This document shows, in pieces, positions 28,476 through 43,218 of a stretch of DNA of 64,000 nt. The first letter of the stretch is position 1, and the number at the start of each line of letters is the position of its first letter. The position numbers were made by a program, and so were the translations under genes. The notes beneath the pieces were generated by a model. That model worked only from the letters and a program-made list of their open reading frames with translations, did not search any database and was not told the DNA's origin. This stretch comes from Octopus vulgaris. Its lineage: Eukaryota. The stretch is from contig OX597815.1 of assembly GCA_951406725.2 (NCBI GenBank), forward strand, positions 47,120,001 to 47,184,000, given 5' to 3'.

Positions 28476-29035
28476 CGTATGGATACTCTTCTCAGTCCAG
28501 TCTATTTCAACACACATTTTATATTTAATTGTAGTGGCAGTAGAGATGGGCATGTTTGAGTCGGTTGGAGCGTCTTGATGTTTCCTTCACTTATTGGTCT
28601 CATGCAACGCACCAATATTGCTTACTGAAACTATTAATATTTGCTATTTCTAAGTATATTTTTATTGTTTTACCTGTGCTGAGCGAATGAAATGGTATTT
28701 TTAGGATGATATTATAGTAGTGTTTCGTAGCGCTCATTATAAAGTGTCTGAAAGTAAAATTTCATGCCATAGTCTGCATAAAATTTATGATGACTTTGGT
28801 GATATTTGTGTTCACTGTAGATTATTACTTATATTCCACTTGTGACAGATTGGGTTTCAGACAGGCTTGGTGTATCGTATTACACACGCGCGCCCGTGCA
28901 CAAATGCACTCACAAACACACGCGCGCGCGTACACACAAACGCATTCATAGTGTGTGGTGTACTCTTGTATGTGATCCCAATATGTTTACGTACCGTTTT
29001 TTTGTTAATATTGCGGTGCTTTCTAGTAATTTTGT

Positions 29036-29069
<34 letters not shown>

Positions 29070-29072
<3 letters not shown>

Positions 29073-29850
29073 TCTTTACTCTTTTACTAGTTTCAGTCAT
29101 ATAACTGCGGCCATGCTGGAGCACCGCCTTTAGTCGAGCAAATCGACCCCAGGACTTATTTTTTATAAGCCTAGTACTTATTCTATCGGTCTCTTTTGCT
29201 GAATTGCTAAGTTACGGGGTCTTAAACACACTAGTATCGGTTGTCAAGCGATGCTGGGTGGGGGGACACACACAGACACACAAAAATACATACATATATA
29301 TACATATCCATATGACGGGCTTCTTTCAGTTTCCGTCTACCAAATCCACTCACAAGGCTATGGTCGGCCCGAGGCCATAGTAGAAGACACTGCCCATTGC
29401 ACTACTTTCTTTCGATTCACACTTTATACACAGTTTTATTCTTAGATTTACTCTATTATGCTTATACACTTTTACTTGTTTCAGTCATTTGACAACGGCC
29501 ATGCTGGAGTACCGCCTTTAGTCGAGCAAATCCACCCCAGGACTTATTCTTTGTAAGCTTAGTACTTATTATATTGGTCTGTTTTGTGGAACCGCTAAGT
29601 TACGGGAACGTAAATACACCACCATCGGTTTTCAAGCGATGTTAGTGGGGACTAACACAGACACATAAACATATACACACACATGCATATATATATACAT
29701 ATATACGACGGGCTACTTTCAGTTTCCGTTTGCCAAATCCACTCACAAGGCTTTGGTCTGCCCGAGGCTAGAAGATACTTGCCCAAGATGCCACGTAGTG
29801 GGACTGAACCCGGAACCATGTGGTTGGTAAGCAAGCTACTTACCACACAG
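29070..29850 (-). mobile_element. Two family B SINEs (29070-29395 and 29470-29850)
   Basis: gcggccatgctggagcaccgcctttagtcgagcaaatcgacccc occurs twice. Confidence 0.85.
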
Positions 29851-31171
29851 ATATATCTCCGTCTCTAAAGGGTGTTTCACAAATAAAAAAAAATGGCAAT
29901 TAAGACCAGTTCCGTACGAGAAGGGGACGATAATCTCGTGAGTCAAGACTTCTCCGAAGCTAAGATGGCATTAAGGAAAAAAAACAAAACATCCTGTCTG
30001 GGGATAAGAGGACAATCATACATACATACATACATACATAAGTACTTCCATACATATATACATACATACAAATGTATACACTATATTGCACGTAAGCCTG
30101 TTTTTAGCATGGTTTAATATTTAATACTGGCTTTAGTTTCGGACATCTTGTATATGTGTACATGTGCAGTTGCATGCACACACAAGACTATGTTAGTATG
30201 TGTGTATGTATGTATGTATGTATGTATGTATGTATGTATGTATGTATGTATGTATGTATGTATGTATTATGTATATGTCTCTGTATTTATGTGCTTGCGC
30301 GCGCGTGTGTGTGTATGTGTGTGTGTTTGTATGTATCTCGGTGTATACGTGCATGTATTATATGACTACGAAATGGCTGTAACATTCCAGGGGACGTGGT
30401 GATCTTTTCATTCTTTCATTCCTTATTTTATTTCCTTTTTTGTCACTTCTTTCTTTTTTCCCATCCTATTGCCTACCATCTCTTTTTCCTTCTTTACATA
30501 TTCCACCCGTTATTTCTTTCCTTCTTGCTATATACTCCCATTATATACTTATATCTTCCTTTTTATCTTATTCGCTCGAATGGATTTCGCTCTCTCCTCT
30601 TTCTGCATTGTCGGCCGAATATTTCGAAACCAGGATAAAGGAATATCTCTGTAGTAATACGGTGAAAGAAAAAAGAGGAAAAAATTCAGCGAACAAAGCA
30701 GAGCATCTGTTAAAAAGCTTTGAAACTAAAGCTGAAAGGAAATGAGAAATGCGGCAGCAGAAATTTTGACTTGAATGAAATGAATGTGTGTGTGTGTGTG
30801 TTATTTACGTGCGTGTATATTTGAACGTATCTGTCTATATCTATGTGAATATACATACATATAAAAAAGCATATATATATATATATATATATGCATATGT
30901 GTATGTATGTAAACACACATACATATAATTATATAAACACATATGTGTATGCGTGTTTACGTATACATATGTTTATGTATATCTATGCATATATATATAT
31001 ATACATATACATACATACATATATACATACACACATACTCACGAATATGCATACATGCATACGTGTATGTGTGTGTGTGTTAAACCCACAAATAAAGAAT
31101 ATTTATCCACCAATGTGGTGTTGAGCACTCATTTCCGCTGTTCGATGTCACTGTATTTATATATGTATGTA

Positions 31172-31293
<122 letters not shown>

Positions 31294-32234
31294 GCATGTA
31301 TATATATATATATATAGTGTGTTGTGTGTGTGACAGAGAGAGAGAGATGGAGGGAGGGAGCGAAAAGAAGAGAAAACGATAAACATCCTCATGTGTGTCT
31401 GTTTGTCCATAAATGTAACGTATTGCCAATATTGAGATATAATTAATTGATGTTTGAAATTACTGCTCTATGTTAATTATGTCGTCCCTCAACCTATTGC
31501 TGACATTTCTTTACATTGTTTCATATATGTTATGACGCTCAAAGACTAAAAAATAAAACGACGGCATAAATTTCACAGAACAACATTATCTAAATTGCGA
31601 CCATGTAGTGGCCTGTACAAGTTACTCCGGTCAACTAGGTGTCGTAGCCAAATATCTTTCAAGTAACATCCTGCAGTCTTGACAATGGAATATAAACACC
31701 GAATAACTCTTTCTGGAATAGGAACAAGGCCTGAAATTATGGAGGAAGAAGCTAGCCGATTACATCGTTTATATCGACTAGTGCTTATTTTATCAACTCT
31801 GATGGGACGAAGAGTAAAGTCGACCATAGCAGAATTTGAACACAGAACGTTTAAATTCCGCTGAGGTCGACTGCGTTGTTTTAAATGCATTGAAGTTGAA
31901 GTAAAATATAGATCATGACTGTATCGAATTTAATCAAAAACCCGATCCACCTGGGCCTAAAGAATAACAACACATTGTTAATTCTATGTACCTTTTACCT
32001 CCTTGTAAAAATTAGTGATTTGCAGTTGAACTACAATATATATAAACTAATACAAACTACCCAATTATGTCGCTACGCTGTATCATTACGTGTTACACAA
32101 TGAGCCGATGCGCTTTTAATGACCTGGAAGAAACAGATATAGGAGTTGACCTCAAGATAAAGAACAACAGTAACAGCGACAACATCAACAAAAAGGACGT
32201 GTGGTTATCTGCAAATACACATGCACACACACAT

Positions 32235-32267
<33 letters not shown>

Positions 32268-32270
32268 CCC

Positions 32271-32320
<50 letters not shown>

Positions 32321-32584
32321 ACATAAATAATATATAAACATATGCATATGTACATACATATATGTACATACCTACATCTATATGTATATATATATATACA
32401 TGCATATATGGGTACAGGACACCCCAAAAACGTTGAACAATGAGAAACGAGAACATAAAAACAAAAACATGGAAACGAACTTTTTTTTTTCAAACAACTA
32501 AAAAACAGAGTACAAGACATTCAACACAAGGAATATTCCCCTTCTTCAGTTGTCCCGGTTTCGTCTACTCCACGTTTCCGAATG

Positions 32585-32660
<76 letters not shown>

Positions 32661-33054
32661 TTAGTTTTTATATCTTATATGGACTAAAGGAATGGTAAAA
32701 AATCACGCTTTTAGGTCAGAGACCCAATTGTAATAATTTCATTTCACTTACATGTATTATGTCACTCAGAAACAACGAAATACAACGAAACTGGAAGAAT
32801 GAAATTTCCACGGAAAGTTAACTTCCCATGGAATTCGTACAACATAAAGGAAAGGCCTTGTAGATTTTGGTTCCCTCAAATTGCATTCCGAGTTCAAATT
32901 ACATCAAGGCTGACATTGTCATATTTCGTACATGGATTGATATTATATAAAGATATAAAAAAAATAGCTTAATGATTTGTGGAAAATACATTAAGCGGCA
33001 CAAATTAGCATAAACGTAAAGGCTTTATACATCCTTTTTTACTTTACATGTGTC

Positions 33055-33500
33055 CAAGGTTCTTGCGGAAATTTGTATATAAAATTATATACGTGTATTA
33101 ATTTTTTGCAAGCAATTTGCAGATGCAAGTGCTACCAGCTGGAAGCTGCGTATATCGGATGCTAGGAAGCTTATGGGGTCAACAGGAGAGAATTTGCGCC
33201 GTTTCGGGGTCTTCCTATCGATTGCATTATTGCGTACCGCCCCCAATCACTGAGACGAGTTTCCGCTTGCTAGATCAACTGGTTGCTGAGTTTCGCTCAA
33301 TATTCTTCTAGCTATTTGCTCATCGTGTCTTTTTAAACCAAATCCAGTGACTTGCTTTCTCCACTGTAGTCTGGATATCACTCTGCTTTAAAATAAGTTA
33401 GGCTTAGCGACAACAACAGTTGCCCCACACTGTGTCCAATGCATCATCTGCATTCAATTTCGATTGAAAAATGTTCTGCTTTTCAGCCTGCGTCTTCATA
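33055..33500 (-). pseudogene. Possible decayed mariner transposase N-terminal fragment
   Basis: Stop-riddled translation with WIWFKK and PHKL remnants; TIR-like aggttcttgcggaaatt at 33058. Confidence 0.3.
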
Positions 33501-34618
33501 TTCATCAAGGAGATTTTTATAACAATCGATCTTTCTAGTCTGAGCGGCGTCCATATTATTTTTATGATGGACCGTTAACTCGACTAGAATTACTACTTTC
33601 TTTCTTTCACACCATATAATAATATCTGGCTTCATTGTAACTGGAATGGGGAGGGATCATTGGCATCCTGGTAAATCTGCAGCCGCCTCCAAATAGCCGA
33701 ATTTTGAACTTTTTCAATTATATTAAACCTTTTGTCAATCTGTTACAAGAAGTATTCCCATTATATCTAGAAAATATTCATACCTATCTCTAATATATAA
33801 AGGTAGTCCCATTTTATTTTATTACCTTACAACGGATGAAGGAGCTGTGTGTATGTATTGGTTTATTTACACATTTCCGTGAGAAACAGGGATCAATGTC
33901 CACGGAAATGATGTATATAGGATATTTATGTTTATTTTAAAGTATATGTTTTGATATATTTTATTCCGATATAGTGGGTGTTGGAGATGTTAAAAGCGAT
34001 GGTAGTATATCTATAGCTGATGGATTTAAAGATAGTGACATTAACAGATAAGGGAACAAACCAAACAACTATAAACCTAATTATGACAAAATTTTGTGAA
34101 AACTATCACCTCTCCGTTAGCTTAATCACGATCAACTCCCGGCACCTACGGCTTCATTGTCTAGTTTAGTTTACAGTTGCTTATTAGTTTATAGCCAAAC
34201 AATGAAAAAAATGCGACTGTCCATGGTACTAACCACGCCCAACGTTATATGATCCAGCAAGATGTCACTTAATATTATACACACACACAAACAAATAAAC
34301 AAACAGAGACATACACGCAACCGCAAACAAACACACAAACGCGCAGACACACATGTTATATATACACACATACTATACTAAATACGTACAAATATATGTG
34401 TATGTATGCCTTGTATCATATACATATACTTTTACATTTGCATATATATTACTCTTCTTACACGATGTCTAATACTCTTTTGTGAGTCTTTGTATGGTGA
34501 CACCCTTCACGGTTGAATACTTAGATATTCTAACATTTCTGCTTGCTTTGCAAATAGATATCAATGTACACAATCGACCAAGTATCAGAAACAATGTCAA
34601 CCGCTCTGTTACCAATAA

Positions 34619-34679
34619 CCACCACCACCACCACCACCACCACCACCATACTACCATCATCATCACCACCACCACCACC

Positions 34680-34751
<72 letters not shown>
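34619..34751. repeat. (ACC)n(ACT)n compound microsatellite
   Basis: Seen directly. Confidence 0.95.
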
Positions 34752-35149
34752 GCTGTCAGAAAAACTACTGCAGAAATGGCTGAGACCTTCACTGCAACTG
34801 CCAGCATCCTCAAAAATCGTATAGCGAATTAATGAAGGGGCCTCTACGTACTCGTTTCGACTTGATAGATGTAGCAAACCCAGTTTTCTCTCCAGTCTCG
34901 CACTCTCCCGTCCTTAAATCAGATAACGTAATCAAGGATACATTATACCTGAAACTCTCACAGGATGGTCATGATAAGAATGCATTTAATCGTCGGTCTT
35001 CTCGAGCAAAAATGACTCAGCGCTAAGCTACAAGAGCATCAACAAAATCAATAACATTTATTGATTTGGCACGCATCATGGAAATCAGTGAAAATTCCAA
35101 AAGCTATCAACCTTCCAGAAATAGTTACCAAATATCTTCCAAATTACAC

Positions 35150-35403
35150 CAGCCATCCGTCCATCCATTCTCTCAGTTTGCTTTTCCTGAGGGAATCGTG
35201 GGGGTAGAATCCTCAGGAACCGCCTCCATAGAGTCTTCTCATTACACTTTCAGGTATGATTCCTAAGCGTGATTAACTAAGGTTATGGATATTAGTCAAC
35301 AATATCATTTTTGGTCTAACCCTAGATCTTCTTCCAGTTGTTTCGGCTTGAAGAATCCTATTTACGATTCTTTCTTTCTTTCTTTTTTTCTTTCTGTCTT
35401 TTT

Positions 35404-35438
<35 letters not shown>

Positions 35439-35575
35439 AATCACATGTCCATAGAACTGGAGATGTAACATTTCAGTGAGAAGTAGCGAGTCAACCTGGA
35501 GAGACTCCCTGATCTCCGAACTATGCACCCCATTGAGTAACGTTACCCGGTTTCGAAATCTCGCATTGCCATTGC
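35150..35575 (-). mobile_element. RTE-like LINE 3' fragment interrupted by (GAAA)n
   Basis: RVTLLNGVHSSEIRESLQVDSLLL...LQFYGHVIR. Confidence 0.5.
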
Positions 35576-37551
35576 CCAACATTCATGATCACCCTGGATA
35601 ATGTAGATCTACAGAGGTTATGTACAATATATATATATATAAATGAGCAAACCAGGAACGATCTTTCCTCGGGTCGATGAATAACTCTTAGTAACTTGTA
35701 GAATATAAAGAAGTTTTTCAGTAGCATTCTTTCGAGTGTTTGTTTTAATACACTATCTTTTTATGTATATAATCAATAGCTGACAATATGGAATTAAGGA
35801 ACCGACGAAGAAGAAGAAAAAGAAAAAGAATCAATCCCAGTACTTGCTTGAATGGTAATTTATTTATCCATGGTAACTTATTTAACCGGCAAGGTTAGGA
35901 GATGAAATTAATCTCGACCAGATTTGAACTTAGAGTATAAGGAACCGGAACTAATATTAAAAGGTAGTCTCTCCAACACGTCATTGCCTCGCTGTTTCAA
36001 TGCCTTCTCGTTACTAACACACGCCATTAATCACCGAGGGCTATATGACAGCAATTGTTATATATGTACGTCAATATAACATTACTCCACTAAACTTTTA
36101 TATCATACCACAAGTCAATGAGAGCGTTCTTATTCGGTTATTGGACCAGCTAGATATAGTAGCCACATTTTACTCAAATCACATGCAACTGCTTTTAAAA
36201 GAAAAGGAAAATATGCATTTATATATTATAGTCTTAGATGCAACACTGTCCGCAGTGATTTCAGGTGGGGTACCTTTCATAATATACCGACTTTTTTAGA
36301 GGTGATCTAGGTTAACAGCCATATGGAAAATATATACGAAATAGTCTCCAATTTCTATAATCAACAGCGTAATTTGAATATCAACTCCAACTTCAACGTT
36401 TCCCAATTTCCCTTTACTTCTACTCTTGCAAAACGTCTACATGGAAATTATATATCTTTATTAACCTTTTGCTTTATCTTTCATGAAGTTTATTTAAAAT
36501 ATATGATTACACAAAAGATTAAACAAATCATGAAATTCTATTTTAAAATTTTGTCAGTACTAAACTTACCAGACGCCAGAAAGCTGGCTTAAGAAATTTT
36601 GTCTTAATCTAGATCTTGTTTAGACCAAATTCCTGTAAAATTTCATAACAAGATGCCATTTTCTCCCGTAATGTCTTCTAACTGTCTACACATACAGGTA
36701 TTTTATATATGCGAACGGTGTGTAAAAAGATTACGGATAAGGAATTAAAAGTAAAAAATACATTAGTATTACAATCAGCCTATTTATCAAGATATGTCAC
36801 GGGCACTTCAGATTTCTCACGGCAAACCTTGGTGTTTTCTCACGAAAGAGTGGGATACTTAGATATGCCGCTTTGGAAACGTTGACCTACATTCTTAGAA
36901 ATAACAGATAGCACTCGATAACATTTTTAGAGATATACCATTGATATTTCTTAATACAGTTCTAGATATATACAGTCAATGTTGAATAGGGCTCAAAGGT
37001 AGAAAACCATTTGAGAAAACTGATATTTTCTGGGAGTGGGGTCGGAGGGTATAATAGTCTTAAAACCACGTTATTCAATTTCTCTTCTTGCCTTTTTGAT
37101 AAAGTGGAGCGAGATCTAATGAAGATCTGACACTTGTTTCTTGCAGAGCAAGTAACCATGTAAAGGTGCTTCTTTTAACAATGTAGATATTTTTCAGTTC
37201 TTCATTATTCCTCGATTGCATATCTCACACGAAAGAAGGAGTGATGGTCATGGAGGGAAAATTTGGTCATAGGCGTTGCTTAATTAAGGCAAAGCTGAGA
37301 GTAAACAGCAACAATACCCTGAATGACAAGAGTATATGATCTGGATCGTACATACTCGTAAATATAAGCCAATTCAGATTGATCATTAAGATTCAGACTT
37401 AATGGTTTATACGTGCATGCATACATACTCACATACAGACATACGTACATACATACATACACACACATATATTATATATATATACATACATACATATATA
37501 TATACATACCCATATATGGTATACACCCATATATGTATATATAAATATATG

Positions 37552-37619
<68 letters not shown>

Positions 37620-38350
37620 TTTATATATATATATATATATATGAGAGTGAGAGAGGAGGAGAGGGGAGAGATGGATGGATGATATTGCCAAACATCTTAT
37701 TCAGAAATGCGGTCTTCGTCATGAACTTCATATTAAAAAAAAAAAGAAGTCCCCTCTCACCCACTCAAAATTATACATACATACACATATATACATACAT
37801 ACATTCTTACATACATATATATACAAAGGTTTTTAAACCTTAGCTGCAATACAAACCTCGCTATCACATTAAGGTATGGAGCAATTTTATATAGATTGAT
37901 GACAAAATGGCGTGACACTAAATCAGTGCATAGGCTGGGCAACAAAGGCGGAAATAACAGTTTGTTTAAAACAAAGTCTCCATTTATGTCGCACGTTATC
38001 AGTTATATTAGTGATAATGTTTAGTTTGTACGGGGCCGGGAGAAAGGGGTGGAAGAAGGGTTTAATAAATAGTAGCGTTGTAGCAAAGCTTATATGTACG
38101 ACAAATTTACACACCTAAATACACACGCTTACGTATAGACAGGCACACACATTCATATATATATATTTATATATATGAGAGTGAGAGTATGTATGTATGT
38201 ATGTACACACGCAAACACGCAAAATGTCCATCAATCTATCCCGCCACCTCTCACTGTTCGTCTGTCTAGTTGTCTGTCTTTCTGTCACAGTCTTTAGATA
38301 TATACATAATATACATACATATATACATACATACAGACATACATATATAT

Positions 38351-38419
<69 letters not shown>

Positions 38420-38501
38420 AATACATGCATACATATAGACATATATATATATATTTATATATACATGTATATATATATGTATAAGTATATATGTATATAT
38501 G

Positions 38502-38568
<67 letters not shown>

Positions 38569-38853
38569 GTATGTATATATGTATGTATGTATGTATGTAT
38601 ATGCTTGCTTGCATGCATAGAAGTATATATTTATATGCATACATGCGTTCACCTACACACGTCAGTTTTTGAAAATGTTTTAGAATCTCATAAAAGCACT
38701 ACGTATCCGTTTAGATAATTTAATATTTATTTTTTAAAAAACCCGAAGTGTTTGTAATTTGGAGCAGTTTATCTCCTCACTGTCGTTAAATTGAATATTA
38801 CTCTGCAAATCTGATATTGTCATATTTGAAGTACAACTACTGGACTATAAAGT

Positions 38854-38993
38854 TTCTTCTTCTTCTTCTTCTTCTTCTTCTTCTTCTTCTTCTTCTTCTT
38901 CTTCTTCTTCTTCTTCTTCTTCTTCTTCTTCTTCTTCTTCTTCTCCTCCTCCTCCTCCTCCTCCTCCTCCTCCTCCTCCTTCTTCTTCTTCTT

Positions 38994-39024
<31 letters not shown>

Positions 39025-39050
39025 TTATTATTATTATTATCATTATTATT
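38854..39050. repeat. (CTT)n(CCT)n(CTT)n(ATT)n compound microsatellite
   Basis: Seen directly; lies at the 3' end of the Dong-like element. Confidence 0.95.
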
Positions 39051-39054
39051 TAAT

Positions 39055-41465
39055 TTTAATCGGCATGTTTGTTACAATCCCTTGCCGAGACACACACAAC
39101 ATCCTAGGGCGAGTGAAGGATAAGAGATGTTCCAGTATGACTGAAAGCTTTGGGAAGGGAAGTTGCAAGGGCAGTAGCGAAATATGTCCATGTAATACAA
39201 CACAGCCATTTAAATTGATAGGGTTTTTCTAAGGCTGTGGACAGTACTTGTCAGTAAAATCTTTTGGATTTCTATGAGACATGGTTCTCCTGAGATGTTG
39301 TTCAGATATTTCTGACATCCTTTTTTACCACACCTAGGGCACCTACAATAACAGGAACAGTTCTTGCTTTAAGATGCTGCATCTTTTGTATTTCAGTGTT
39401 CAGGTCTTTATATTTACTTAATTAAGTAGTCAAATTCCTTTACATATATATTTTTATCAGTGGGGCCACTTATATTTATTAGTGTTCGAGTATTTTCTTC
39501 CCTGCCTTTTATAATTATGTCTGGATCGTTCTGTCGATGTTGACTGGTAAATCCCAGAGGACAGTGACACTTTAACCTTCAACAACTGTCTCAGGATGAT
39601 GTTCATACCAGTAAGCAGGACTGCCGATTTTGTAGTGTTTACATATTTTCCAATGTAAATATTGTCCTACCCAATCGTGGCCATGTTTTTATTCGTTTGA
39701 TGGCAGCACAGGACATACTGAAACAAGATGATCAATTGTGTCGTCAGATGTGTCGCAAAATCTGCATTTGAAGAACGTTAGCCTGGTATTTTCTGGTAAG
39801 CAAGTTTGATCTTGTACCGCCAGTATGAAACCTTTAATCTCTGCTTCCAGTCCTAGACTTCTCATTCATTGATGGGTTGTTGGTTTGTCTACATCAGCAT
39901 TTCGACATCGTAGAATATATTGTCCATGCAGAGGCTTCAGGCTCCATCGCTCCTCAACTTGTTTCTGTCCATTCTTTTTGCAGTCAGCTTGATCCGTTTT
40001 GTTTGTTTGGTGGCAGTGGTTTCAGGTTCCTCATCTAATTCAGGGTTAATACTAAGTTCCTTTGCGAATTTGTCAGCTTCCTTGACAATAGAATATGACT
40101 TATGCTGCTTTCATGCTTGCACACAAGCCGCAGCATCCAGTTCTCTTTACTAGATTAGCATCTGTTCCTTGCTATTGTGGAGATCTTACAGCACAGTTCT
40201 ACCTGCATCAATCTTCTTTCCACATTACTTCTAGATAGGTACAGACAATCAACGTCTGCTTCTGGGTGGTACATTTTCTCAGATGTTAGTAGTTTTTTTG
40301 TCTTTCTGTCCAGACGCTGGAGCTCCGTAGGATTCCAGTTAATGATGTTAAAACTGTATTGGTATTAATGGCTTCGATGCGGTTTTTCGAGTTGAATTCA
40401 GTTTTCAGTATAAGTCTTTTTCTCCTAAGTACTCCTTTATTATTTTTCCATCATAGTAGCACGTTGTATACTATCTCCGTTTATGCCCAGATATTTATAA
40501 CTTCCTTGTGGATCAAGTTCCTTGATGGTAACGTCGGAATATAATTTGTCTGAGCTTGCCTCTTACAAAGGTTGCTTTAGCATACTTATAAGGCCAAAAT
40601 CCATCCTGGTGTCATTGCTAAGCTCTTTAACAGTTGGTAGCAGTCTAACTAGCTCTTGGTCATTTCTATGAAACAGCTTCAGAACGTCCATATAAAACAG
40701 ATGGTTTATTATAGTGTTATAAATTTGTACCCATACCTGGAGTTATTCAGTTCGTTTGAGAGTTGGATCAGTGACATGCAAAATAGTAATGGGGAGGGGG
40801 TCACCTTGAAAGATGCCTCATTTGATGTTGAGGTTGTTGAATTGGCTCATCCCATTACTATAGTTTAGGAGGCGTGTGTTCCACTTGGCCAAGCTACCTT
40901 GTAAGAATTTGGAGACGACAGGAGAGAGCTTATATGTCTCATGGGCTTTTAGTAGCCAATTATGTGGGACACTATCAAACGCTTTCCTCTAGTCTATCTA
41001 TGCCATACTCAGGTTCTTTCTGCTAGGTCAATTCTCTACATTTTATTTATGAGTAATTGATGATTGCATCCATAGAATTTCTTTTGAAATCCTTTTTGAG
41101 CTTGTGGAAGGGTATGGTTCTGTTCAAGGAAAGCGTACGTTCCTTCAATTAGTATGATGTGAAGATCTTGTGGCTGATGTTGAGACATGTTATTGGTCGG
41201 TAGGTCTTTGGATGTTTTGTGTCTTCAGTATTTGGTAGAAGGTATGTAGTTCCTTCAGTCAACCAGGCAGATATTTGCTCTGGGTTCTGGGTGATATCAG
41301 TTAGAGATGCAACGAAATTTTGGTGTACATCTGTCAAACAATTCAGCCAGAAGTTAGAGACCCGGTCCAGTCCTGGGGTTTTCCATTTATGAGACTTTCT
41401 AAGAACACATCTTAACTCTTCTATTCCTAATGCCTCCGGTTTCTGCTCTTCGACTTCATCCAGTC
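39055..41465 (-). mobile_element. 5'-truncated, decayed R4/Dong-clade non-LTR retrotransposon (RT + CCHC + restriction-like endonuclease)
   Basis: WKTPGLDRV.NFWL, GTTYLLP, YRPITCL (41149-41556 ORF). Further 3': CRFC..DDTIDHLVSVC, VLWD, PDIII and VPVIVGALG. The 3' end abuts (TAA)n, the known Dong target. Confidence 0.85.
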
Positions 41466-42213
41466 TCACTTTCTTATGCTCTACCCAGAGTAGTGGGAAA
41501 CGCTTCTGGACCGTTTCAAATGGAAAATACTTTGAAAGCGATAAAATTGTAAACATATAAAGCTAAGTGTATTCTGTTAATAAAGGAGCTCTCAAGCAAA
41601 GAAATAGTCTTTTGAAAGAAATAGTGTCCCGGTTATTTTTTGATATAAAATAACATTACATGCAGCAAACAACGTGTATCTCAACAAAGTGAGAATCAAA
41701 AATCTAGTGTGATTAAAATAATGGACACACACAGACACGCACACACACATACACACACATCGATATGGGTTATGCGTGCGTAGGTATAAGGTCGTATGCA
41801 TATATAGGCATAATTGCAAAACAAACTTTGAGTTGTTGTCTTGGTGATTACTACTACAAATGAAATCAATTGCTAAATGTTTATTCATATACTCAAGTGC
41901 CATATATTATGGACATATCTTTAAAATCTCATACTTAAAGGTTGCTATTCGTATAGTTTATATTTCGATGTTTTGTATTTTCGTCGTTCACTTTTGAGTG
42001 ATGAAGAAATTCCCTAGGACACGATTTATCATTCTTCTTTCTGCATGGTTAACGCAGCATACAAATGTTAATTTATTGGCGTGTGTATACATATATTCAT
42101 AGACACACGAAGTCTTGCGCACCTATTTATGCTTGCCTGTATACATGCACATATATGTACATATGTATGGCTATATATATAGGTTTAAATACGAGCACGC
42201 ACATGCTTATATA

Positions 42214-42434
42214 TATGAGGAGGTGTTGAAAAGTTCTTGGCTTTAAGGGTATTGCAAAAGGCCTTGTTGGAAGTCCAACCCTCCGAGTTCTTTTACAGGT
42301 CTTAAAAAAACTGAAAGGCTGCTGCAATAAGTGTGTGAATCTGAGAGGGGAATATGTTGTATAAAATCATAATTATGTGATCCTCCCCTGTTTTCTTTTA
42401 TCCAAAGCTAAGGGCTTTTCAACACCCCCTCGTA
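42214..42434. mobile_element. Tc1/mariner-type MITE
   Basis: TIRs tatgaggaggtgttgaaaagttcttggcttt and aaagctaagggcttttcaacaccccctcgta, with TA flanks. Confidence 0.8.
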
Positions 42435-42943
42435 TATATGAGTGTGCGTGTGTGCATGTGTATCTATCTATCTATCTATCTATCTATATATCTATCTATC
42501 TATCCATCCATCCATCCATCCATCAATATATACACACACTCATAAAGTAAACGAAGATTGGGGAGACTACAACTCAATAAACGAGACAATAGATAATATA
42601 TGTAGACTTTATAATCGTTTATTGCAACAGCACAGTTGTCTCAATATATTGTATATTTAAAGGTTTGTAGCAATCTAGATTTTATAAAACAACAGTATCT
42701 TGGAAGCTTGTGTCAACAGAAACAAAAGAAAATGTAAAATGTAAGACAATATCATTAAAAATATGACAATAACGAAGAAATCTTATTTTCGTTTATTTAA
42801 ACACTAAAACTGATTTAGAAAAGGATAACAAAAAAAAATACAAATGAGAGGAAAAAAAACGAGGAGGTTAAAGAAAATGTTTGTGTATATACATGTAACA
42901 CGCTTCAGTTATTGAACGAGAACATGGTGGATCACTGTCGTAG

Positions 42944-43049
42944 AAAACATGGAACGCTTCATGAATTTGTGCTTCATCCCTGTGCAGAGGCTATGCTTAC
43001 TCTCCTTGTATTATTTCAATTCTAGAATATGTACTGCCGAAGCAAGTAC
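42944..43049 (-). pseudogene. U6: U6 snRNA pseudogene, full length and diverged
   Basis: Minus strand gtacttgcttcggcagtacatat...gcacaaattcatgaagcgttccatgtttt aligns end to end with U6. The ACAGAGA box is mutated (ACAAGGA). Confidence 0.9.
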
Positions 43050-43218
43050 ACAATATATATCATACATAATGTGCGATACAATATATTGTATCATACATTA
43101 TGCATATGCTATACCTATGTGTGTGTGTGTATGTCTGTGTGTGTGCGTGTGTGTCGTTGTGCGTGTGTGTGAATGTGTGCGTGTGAGAATATATATGTAT
43201 ATATATTTTCATAATTAT

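Noticed and set aside
32535-32585. Minus-strand GAAAcg...CTGAAGAagggg next to (TA)n
   Set aside because: The core halves cannot be closed into a three-way junction; possibly a truncated repeat end.
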